A stretch of DNA of 36,609 nt from an uncultured Pseudomonadales bacterium (GTDB taxonomy: Bacteria > Patescibacteriota > Microgenomatia > UBA1400 > RBG-16-45-19), in assembly GCA_964467565.1 (NCBI GenBank), contig CAYXRB010000009.1, positions 5,909-42,517 of the forward strand, in the 5' to 3' direction. Below the pieces are notes generated by a model. The model was not told where the DNA came from. It worked only from the letters and a program-made list of their open reading frames with translations, and searched no databases. Below are positions 24,649-31,356 of this stretch, in pieces. Positions within the stretch are counted from its first letter, which is position 1. Every line of letters starts with the position of its first letter. The position numbers and the translations under genes were made by a program.

Positions 24649-24674
24649 AACAGAGCATTATAGCCTAAATATTG

Positions 24675-24755
24675 TGCCAGGGACAGGACTTGAACCTGCA
24701 CGGGTTACCCCACACGGTCCTAAGCCGTGCGCGTCTACCATTTCGCCACCCTGGC
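24675..24755 (-). tRNA. tRNA-Leu (anticodon UAG), class II with a long variable arm
   Basis: Manual fold: GCCAGGG UG GCG AAAUGGUAGA CGC G CACGG CUUAGGA CCGUG UGGGGUAACCCGU GCAGG UUCAAGU CCUGU CCCUGGC A. Confidence 0.9.
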
Positions 24756-24874
24756 GTGTTTTTATGGCGTTGAAGACTTAATAAATAAACAATGGTGAAA
24801 GTATACCGCAGGACATATAGGATGTGTACCAGGCTCGTATACGATTTGTGACAACGGACCAGAAATTTGTGGGC

Positions 24875-24920
24875 AAAAAAAGAATCCAACAGTAACCCCG
24901 GTGAGGGAAACCATTGGATC
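24875..24920 (-). terminator. Hairpin plus U7 (minus strand) between the lysozyme-like gene and tRNA-Leu
   Basis: Minus strand: AUCCAA-(internal CCC/GGG pairing)-UUGGAU followed by UCUUUUUUU. Confidence 0.4.
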
Positions 24921-24929
24921 TAGGGGGGA

Positions 24930-24957
24930 ATTATAAACATCATTATAAGTTTGTCAA
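24930..24957 (-). promoter_or_regulatory. Near-consensus sigma70 promoter (TTGACA-N16-TATAAT) pointing at the hairpin/U7 and tRNA-Leu
   Basis: The minus strand reads TTGACAaacttataatgatgttTATAAT. Both hexamers are perfect consensus. Confidence 0.45.
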
Positions 24958-25064
24958 GACTATATTTTTAAAGGGAAGTAATTTCACTATTTAGACAGAT
25001 TACTTCATACGACGAAAGCGAAAAAGGAAAACGGGTGACAGTAGACTATAGGTTTTTATGATTA

Positions 25065-25664
25065 TTAAAAATCGGCAGTCTCAAGTTCTTCCATAAAGTG
25101 GTTGACCGCAAATTCCCATGAACCATTGCTCCCGGGCGTGTACTTATCTTGGATTTGATCGGGTGTTATAAGACCTTGGTTAAGATAATTTTTTCTTAAA
25201 ATCTCGGCTGCTTTGTCAAAGTTACTTTCGAATGATGGAAATTCCCAAGTTCCTCTGGAATGAATACCTAAGCCTAAGCAATTGAATGATCCCTGGGGGA
25301 TTTTTTTACAAAGATTACTTTCTTGCATGGCTATGGCAGGTAATAATCGGAAATCCATTTGATATTTATCGGCAATTTGGGTGAGAACCACTCCCCAATA
25401 ATCGTAAGGGGTCAACGGCGAGGCATTTGACTCTAGGAACTGAGCAATTAATATAGGCCTGGCATCCCCTTCTTCGATGGTTGTCGACATGCCTAAGACT
25501 GTGGCACTATTGGGAGATAAGATAACTGATTGGCGATTGGAACTTAGAGCCCGTAAAAATTTTGCTTGTTGAGGATTTTTTAAAAAATGCAAGGTAGTCA
25601 TACAGACTACCATAGTTAAAAGGGTGCTTAAAAACCAACCACCTACGATGAGGAAATTTTTCAT
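25065..25664 (-). CDS. Membrane-anchored lysozyme-like / lytic-transglycosylase-like protein (tentative)
   Basis: It has an N-terminal TM helix. The segment LLPAIAMQESNL resembles the catalytic Glu-Ser motif of SLT-type domains. The function call is weak. Confidence 0.4.
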   Translation of the reverse strand: MKNFLIVGGWFLSTLLTMVVCMTTLHFLKNPQQAKFLRALSSNRQSVILSPNSATVLGMSTTIEEGDARPILIAQFLESNASPLTPYDYWGVVLTQIADKYQMDFRLLPAIAMQESNLCKKIPQGSFNCLGLGIHSRGTWEFPSFESNFDKAAEILRKNYLNQGLITPDQIQDKYTPGSNGSWEFAVNHFMEELETADF

Positions 25665-25810
25665 GGCATATCCACTTTAGCATAATGATTCATTGTGTCA
25701 CAATTAGCGTGATATACTCTGGAACAAGGCCACGTTATTACAGGTAGATGGAACTAATAGTGCTGGGTATGCCTAAAGGTTCCCATCGATCGCGCTTTAA
25801 CAGATTGTAT

Positions 25811-25884
25811 GCGCCCATAGCTCAACTGGATAGAGCGTCTGTCTTCGGAACAGAAGGTTGGGGGTTCAAGTCCCTCTGGGCGCA
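25811..25884 (+). tRNA. tRNA-Arg (anticodon UCG)
   Basis: Manual fold: GCGCCCA UA GCUC AACUGGAUA GAGC G UCUGU CUUCGGA ACAGA AGGUU GGGGG UUCAAGU CCCUC UGGGCGC A. Confidence 0.9.
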
Positions 25885-25999
25885 CATTACAGGTAGGTTG
25901 GTGCTGTTATTAATATTCTGTCTGCCACGAGCCAGTTATTCACTAATAAAGCGTATTCTGGAAAATAAAATATGAACGAATTAAAATAATGCGTTGGTA

Positions 26000-26072
26000 T
26001 GGGCCCGTAGCTCAGCGGTAGAGCAGTTGCCTCTTAAGCAATTGGTCGATGGTTCGAATCCATCCGGGCTCA
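26000..26072 (+). tRNA. tRNA-Lys (anticodon CUU)
   Basis: Manual fold: GGGCCCG UA GCUC AGCGGUA GAGC A GUUGC CUCUUAA GCAAU UGGUC GAUGG UUCGAAU CCAUC CGGGCUC A. Confidence 0.9.
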
Positions 26073-26103
26073 CAACACAATATTGACCATTACTCCTCCA
26101 TCT

Positions 26104-26718
26104 CTATTTACGATTCACTAAAATTTTAGTTGAAATAATCACAATCCATACAAGAGAAAAACCTATACCCAGTCTCTGCACTAATCCCATGTATTTTTGA
26201 AACGATTCAACAAACATGATTGGTCCTGCCATCATTGAAAAAAATCCAAGCGAAAAGGTTAGATAACCCCACGAGTTATTCCACTTCTTTGAAATTGATT
26301 TTGCTGAGAGCATGGCTGCAGTTGGAATGAGCAATGCAGCAATGGTACTGGTAAGTGAGTGAAGCTTGCCTGTAAGTGTTGCATCAACGCATTTAGAATC
26401 ACACGGTAAAAACCCAACCAAAAACATACTCATGCCTCCAAGTAGCAGTAAGACGGAAGCAATTCTGATTACAATATTGTTCTCAAAGTACGTTTGGAAT
26501 TCATGTCCAAAAAATATTATTGATACTCCTAATAAAGAGAAACCAAAATAATTCATGATAATCTTAAAGGGAGAATCAATGGCACCTATTTCACTCATGC
26601 TGGTAGTTATTGGGTTATATCCTTGCCACATTAAACCTAGAATGGTTAGCAAGCAAAAATAAAATATGGGTGTAGTTAAGCTGAATATAATTCTCCACTT
26701 TATGAATGTTTCTTTCAT
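26104..26718 (-). CDS. Polytopic membrane protein, DUF998-like (tentative)
   Basis: About 6 hydrophobic helices. The segment GYNPITTSMSEIGAIDSP resembles the remembered DUF998 N-terminal motif (Y.P....ISELGA). The gene is visibly more AT-rich than the core genes. Confidence 0.45.
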   Translation of the reverse strand: MKETFIKWRIIFSLTTPIFYFCLLTILGLMWQGYNPITTSMSEIGAIDSPFKIIMNYFGFSLLGVSIIFFGHEFQTYFENNIVIRIASVLLLLGGMSMFLVGFLPCDSKCVDATLTGKLHSLTSTIAALLIPTAAMLSAKSISKKWNNSWGYLTFSLGFFSMMAGPIMFVESFQKYMGLVQRLGIGFSLVWIVIISTKILVNRK

Positions 26719-26962
26719 TGTTTAAAATCATGAGACATAAATTTTTCTTATTACTACTGGTCAGTCTAATAAAGAGAATCTCTCCATTTTAATTATACTC
26801 ACTACCCACTACCCATCAAAAAAGGTAAATCTAATCTCCTCTGCCCTGGAGTAGGAGTATAAAAAAGCTCCATAAGAGGCGTTCCAATTTAGAGACATTG
26901 AGATCACCAAACCAAAAATACTTTACTTGTTAGTCCTAACTGTTATTTTTTCTTCGCATGGG

Positions 26963-27616
26963 TCATCTAATGAAGATCAACAAGACGGTTTGAAAGGAAA
27001 TGAACCCAGTTATTGCAATAGGTATTGCGTTCATTATTGGAATTTTTTGGCTTAAACTAATTCCTTTTGCAAATAAGATCGGGAACCATATGAAGTAACC
27101 CCCATATAGTATCATCCAAATAGTTCGCCAAATGGTAGGTGAATTGAGTGCTTGTTCATAGGCTTTCATATCAATCATCCCAACAAAACCTAAGATCGCA
27201 TCTGGTAAGTCATGGATCATTGCGCTCCAACTTGCAACGCCAATGCCAAAGCCCAAAACTGTCAAAGTGGCTTCGTAACTACCTTTACCATTGAATAATT
27301 TTGAAACTAAGTGGACAACTCCACCAGCCACTAAAAAACTAATAAAATAGCCAGGAACGGTTAAAAAGATATCGTAGAAAAAATATTTTTCGATGGGTAA
27401 CGCCAACCACGGCTTAAAAGTCGAGGGGGCACCACCGGCGGAGTATGCCATCGCATAAAACAAAGTATAACCGACTGCAGGTATTAGAAGGGCAATAAGA
27501 CCATATCTCAAAAAGTAATTATGCTTTAAAATCGAGTCGAACGCTCGATTTGGGTGCAAAAACATCAACGTATAGAGTGAAAAGAATGATTGGTTTTTTT
27601 GACTCATTAGCCGCAT
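26963..27616 (-). CDS. Polytopic membrane protein, Yip1-domain-like (tentative)
   Basis: Its topology of 5 TM helices after a short N-terminal region (LHPNRAFDSI) resembles Yip1-type proteins. The gene is AT-rich. Confidence 0.4.
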   Translation of the reverse strand: MRLMSQKNQSFFSLYTLMFLHPNRAFDSILKHNYFLRYGLIALLIPAVGYTLFYAMAYSAGGAPSTFKPWLALPIEKYFFYDIFLTVPGYFISFLVAGGVVHLVSKLFNGKGSYEATLTVLGFGIGVASWSAMIHDLPDAILGFVGMIDMKAYEQALNSPTIWRTIWMILYGGYFIWFPILFAKGISLSQKIPIMNAIPIAITGFISFQTVLLIFIR

Positions 27617-27723
27617 ATATTAAGTATACTCGCAACTCTTTTCCAACACTTAAAAAGTACTCATCTAGATATTTAAAACTTCTAACTTTATAATTTTTTT
27701 ACGTAAAGTCTTCACTCTCGTAT

Positions 27724-28089
27724 TTAGTATTGCAGCAGTTTGCTGATGGTGACGAAGCGGTAGCCCTGTTCGGTTAGGCCGTCGATAATGCCGGGGATGG
27801 CGTCGCGGCCATTATTTTGTTCACCTTACCAGGGATGGATGAGATTAATCGAGCCTGGCCTGACTCTACTCACGACGTAATTAACGATCTCATCAGCGGA
27901 TGGATTTCCCCCGAGAGCTTTGGTGGGTTCAATACCCCAGGTGATGGTTTTTTGACTGAGTTTATTTAAATGAAGTGGCATGATTATGAGTTTCTTGCCT
28001 TATGGCGAGCGGAAGGTTATTTCTTTTTGCGTACTTACGTTTTGAATAAGCTGATTTGTTCGATCGATCTCGTCGGAAACAAAAGGCAT
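27724..28089 (-). pseudogene. Remnant of a polysaccharide deacetylase (NodB-homology) gene: C-terminal half only, with two in-frame TAA stops
   Basis: A single minus-strand frame reads MPFVSDEIDRTNQLIQNVSTQKEITFRSP*GKKL...TITWGIEPTKAL...VRPGSINLIHPW*GEQNNGRDAIPGIIDGLTEQGYRFVTISKLLQY*. FRSP*G corresponds to the FRPPYG motif, and PGSINLIH to PGSIILMH. Stops are at 28000-28002 and 27826-27828. The 27740-27810 portion is conspicuously GC-rich. Confidence 0.7.
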
Positions 28090-28106
28090 GGAACTGACCG
28101 ACACCC

Positions 28107-28146
28107 TCTCAAGGTAATAATACCGGTTCGATTCCAGTCGGGGTCA
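28107..28146 (+). other. tRNA 3'-half-like fragment (anticodon-loop-like CUCUCAA, T-arm GGUUCGAUUCC, acceptor strand CGGGGUC-A)
   Basis: CUCUCAAGGUAAUAAUACCGGUUCGAUUCCAGUCGGGGUCA has no convincing 5' half or D-arm upstream. By eye it is about 28/42 identical to the 3' part of the tRNA-Lys at 26000-26072. Confidence 0.4.
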
Positions 28147-28210
28147 TAACGAAGAGAAAATTAAATTTAAAAAAGTGATTATTCTACCTAAAGATTGTTA
28201 GAATGATTGG

Positions 28211-28960
28211 GTGAAAACTTTTCTTGAGCTGGTTGTACTTGTACTGCTTTTGGGGTTGGGTACTCTTATTTACGCTTTACATTTGGCAGAGCCAAATAAT
28301 CTAATCAAGAATCATTTACGCCCCGCTTTGCTAAGAAGGGATTGGTCAAGAAATTTATTATTCCTAAACCAACCCGGGGATTATCGATATGCCTATGCCG
28401 GTTCGAGAGTGAAAGAAATTGTGGTTGAAGTAGATTGGCTCGAAGGAATTGAGCCGAACCACGATTACGAGACCTGGATTGAACAAATGATTACCGAGAG
28501 CATAAAAAAAGAAGGGAAAGTAGTATTAGCTCAATCGATTGGTGATGAATTCAAGCGTGAATATTCGTATCAAGAATTAATGGCATTAGAAAGAAAAAAC
28601 CGGAGCAGTGACTTAGAAAAAAACTTGGGATACATGCACGTACTTTATTTGACCCGTTCGACGGATGAGCCGACTAATGCGGGAATGGTTTTGAGTGATC
28701 GAGCGATTTTCATTTTTGAAGATGTGATTAATGATCTGTCTGAACGAGATGACATTAGAGCGAGGGTAGAGCGATCGACTTTAATTCATGAATGGGGGCA
28801 TTTATTGGGATTAAATCATACGACAGAAAATAATTGTGTTATGTCAGAAACGGTTGAAGTGTATGGTAACCGCCAATTCCAATTTAATAATATTCCAGTT
28901 ACTCACTGCACGGATACAATTATTGAATTAGAGCGATTGAGAAAAGAAGCAAAATATTGA
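28211..28960 (+). CDS. Membrane-anchored metzincin, archaemetzincin (M54)-like zinc peptidase
   Basis: N-terminal TM helix. HEWGHLLGLNH matches HExxHxxGxxH and is followed by NNCVMSE (the CVM of archaemetzincins) and ...HCTD. GTG start. Confidence 0.6.
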   Translation: MKTFLELVVLVLLLGLGTLIYALHLAEPNNLIKNHLRPALLRRDWSRNLLFLNQPGDYRYAYAGSRVKEIVVEVDWLEGIEPNHDYETWIEQMITESIKKEGKVVLAQSIGDEFKREYSYQELMALERKNRSSDLEKNLGYMHVLYLTRSTDEPTNAGMVLSDRAIFIFEDVINDLSERDDIRARVERSTLIHEWGHLLGLNHTTENNCVMSETVEVYGNRQFQFNNIPVTHCTDTIIELERLRKEAKY

Positions 28961-29026
28961 AGTCACGCGTACTTTTTAATTATTTTCCCAAGTATAAAGT
29001 TAAAAGTTGTTTCTGGCTTTGAATTA

Positions 29027-29776
29027 TTGAAGTACCCATTTAATACATATTGCGTTTTAGATCATTTTCGACATACTACATCTAGTATGCCAGATTGGTA
29101 TCTAAAATGGGTCGAAGAGATAATGGGGAAGAAGAACATCGTTGACGGGATGCAGGAGGTTTCACGATTAAAAAACGTAAATTTTGGTCCATTTGTTACC
29201 ATTTCAAGAGATCCAGGTAGTGGTGGGAAACCTATAGCCGAATTAGTAGCCAAGAAATTACGGTTTGAATTTTATGATAAACAATTAATCGATGAGATAG
29301 CAAAATCTGCAAAAGCCCGCAAAGAAATTATTTCGGCTGTTGATGAAAAAGAACGGTCTTTAATGGATGATTTTATTCATAACTTACTCAATCCGGATTA
29401 CATTAGTGAAGAGCGTTATATAAAGCACCTGTGTAAAGTTGTGTTAGGGATTGCCCATAAAGGTAAAGCGGTCATTTTAGAGCATGGAGGGAATTTTATT
29501 ACCCCAGACGCTTTTGGTTTACACATACGAATAACAGCACCATACCGGGTTTGTGTTTCTAGGGCAGTTCAATATGAAAAGATACCCTATTCGAAGGCGA
29601 GGGAAATAATTAGGGAAGAAATTGATGAGCGAGCTCGTTTTGTACGGCAATACTTTAACCGAGATATTGCCAGATGTAAGTATTACGACATGGTTATAAA
29701 CACGACCTATTTATCGATACAGGACGCAGCTGATTTAATCGTAAATATGTACCGGCGGAAGTTTCCGAGGAACTAA
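29027..29776 (+). CDS. Cytidylate-kinase-like family P-loop protein
   Basis: VTISRDPGSGGKPIAELVAKKL resembles the ISREYGSGG-type P-loop of the cytidylate kinase-like family. The start is uncertain: TTG 29027, ATG 29087 or ATG 29123. Confidence 0.55.
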   Translation: MKYPFNTYCVLDHFRHTTSSMPDWYLKWVEEIMGKKNIVDGMQEVSRLKNVNFGPFVTISRDPGSGGKPIAELVAKKLRFEFYDKQLIDEIAKSAKARKEIISAVDEKERSLMDDFIHNLLNPDYISEERYIKHLCKVVLGIAHKGKAVILEHGGNFITPDAFGLHIRITAPYRVCVSRAVQYEKIPYSKAREIIREEIDERARFVRQYFNRDIARCKYYDMVINTTYLSIQDAADLIVNMYRRKFPRN

Positions 29777-30585
29777 AACGAATCAATATTTACATAATGA
29801 GTTTGGTGGTGAATTGGTTTGCCTAAGAATTTTTGAGCAATAGACCGGAATGAATTCGGATTATCGGTAGTGTAGTATGTATGCCACGGATTTGTATTTG
29901 ATGGGGAGGAAAGTTCGTGTTTGAGAAGAAACGTTTTAGTTGCCTTGGCAGTAGCGATGGCGGGGTTGACCACACTAATTTTTGGATTATTAAGATAGCT
30001 GATTATGTTATGTGCAATCAACGGATAGTGAGTGCAACCCAGTATTAAATGGTCTGCCATAGTTGTTTTAAATCGGTTTAGATAGTGATCGATGATGGGG
30101 TTAAGGATTGAATGTTTGGTAATCCCTTCTTCGATAAGCGGTACAAACAAAGGACAGGCTTGTTGTTCTATGGTAATTGAAGGGTTATGCCGGTTTATGG
30201 CTTTAACAAAGGCCTCACTTTCGATAGTACCTTTGGTACCGATAACGATTATATGTTTACTTCGTGTTGAAGTGGCGGTAGTTTTAGCACTAGGTTCGAT
30301 AACACCGATGATGGGTATGGAATTCTCTTTTTGAAGAGTGGTTAAAGCTTGGGCAGAAACTGTTGAACAAGCAACTACGATTAACTTGACGTTTTGATTG
30401 AGTAAAAATTTTACCAGTTGTCGACTAAAGCGGATGACGGTTTCACGACTACGGGGGCCATAAGGAACACGTGCGGTATCACCAATATAAATTGTGGATT
30501 CTAGAGGCAAGTGTGAGTAAATTTCTTTAGCAACGGTGAGGCCACCCACACCTGAATCAAATATGCCAATGGGACGTGTATCCAT
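29773..30585 (-). CDS. murI: Glutamate racemase
   Basis: IGIFDSGVGGLTV, YIGDTARVPYG, the catalytic Cys motifs VVACSTVS and GCTHYPLI are all present. Confidence 0.95.
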   Translation of the reverse strand: MDTRPIGIFDSGVGGLTVAKEIYSHLPLESTIYIGDTARVPYGPRSRETVIRFSRQLVKFLLNQNVKLIVVACSTVSAQALTTLQKENSIPIIGVIEPSAKTTATSTRSKHIIVIGTKGTIESEAFVKAINRHNPSITIEQQACPLFVPLIEEGITKHSILNPIIDHYLNRFKTTMADHLILGCTHYPLIAHNIISYLNNPKISVVNPAIATAKATKTFLLKHELSSPSNTNPWHTYYTTDNPNSFRSIAQKFLGKPIHHQTHYVNIDSF

Positions 30586-30614
30586 GACTAGGAGTATAAC
30601 AAACGATATAAGTT

Positions 30615-31295
30615 TTATTGATACAGACGAGAATTACTAACCGGATATTTTTGAAATGCCAAGGTATACTGACGTGATTGTCCACCGACAAGGGATACCT
30701 CTAGAGGCATAGTGGTTTGAGTAATACCATCTATGCCGGTGAGGATTATCTGGAAACGATAGGTGCCCGTATATTTTGCATGAACATTAATGTGGTATTC
30801 ACCATTTGATGGTGTTGGGATCGATACCCCCCAACGAGAAAATGATTTATTCATCCAAATTTCTTGAGGTGAATATAAAACTTGCTGGCTAATTTTAGCG
30901 TCTTCGATTTGATGATAGCGTAACCCATCAACCGTATCACCGATTAACAAGTCTTGAGGAGAACGTATTAGGGCGGTAAGCCCCGTTGACGCTGTAAGAC
31001 GTATTGAGGAGTTATCTTGAGCTATAACTTGTCGATATACAAAAGAAGCTCTTTGTCTGCTAACCATCATGATCTTTTCGGCGAATCCTGAGGTTTGAAG
31101 GAGAGTAGCCACAAAAACGACTGAGGTAAAAAGGGCTGCATAGAACAGTATCCAAACGCAGCGTTGATAACTACTGAAAAGCCAAATTATAAGGGAGCGG
31201 GATACGGGTTTTGGGCGAGATGTACTAAAATTTACTGTTACGTGGTTTTTATACAGAGTTCTAAAAATTGACGGGACCGAAAATACTGCGGGCAT
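30615..31295 (-). CDS. Hypothetical membrane-anchored protein with a beta-rich extracytoplasmic domain
   Basis: One TM helix (VWILFYAALFTSVVFVATLL). It is co-directional with, and 62 nt downstream of, the 654-aa secreted protein. No family recognised. Confidence 0.5.
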   Translation of the reverse strand: MPAVFSVPSIFRTLYKNHVTVNFSTSRPKPVSRSLIIWLFSSYQRCVWILFYAALFTSVVFVATLLQTSGFAEKIMMVSRQRASFVYRQVIAQDNSSIRLTASTGLTALIRSPQDLLIGDTVDGLRYHQIEDAKISQQVLYSPQEIWMNKSFSRWGVSIPTPSNGEYHINVHAKYTGTYRFQIILTGIDGITQTTMPLEVSLVGGQSRQYTLAFQKYPVSNSRLYQ

Positions 31296-31356
31296 ACGAT
31301 AACCAATCGCACAAGGCGTTATGATCCTATTATAGGGAATTATGTGACAGAAGTAA

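Noticed and set aside
24665-24889. 74-aa ORF (minus strand), and the 75-aa ORF at 25748-25975 (plus strand).
   Set aside because: They overlap tRNA-Leu and tRNA-Arg respectively. The tRNA cloverleaves explain the sequence, so these are spurious ORFs.
25737-25896. An 11-nt direct repeat, ATTACAGGTAG, at 25737-25747 and 25886-25896, flanking tRNA-Arg.
   Set aside because: An 11-nt match within about 150 bp is roughly what chance predicts in a 36-kb AT-rich window. There is no cargo between the copies other than the tRNA, and no further flanking similarity.
27826-28002. The idea that the in-frame TAA codons in the deacetylase-like frame reflect stop-codon reassignment.
   Set aside because: TAA terminates many well-defined genes in this window (for example rpmF and nusB), and the deacetylase frame also lacks its N-terminal half. 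Pseudogenisation is the simpler explanation.
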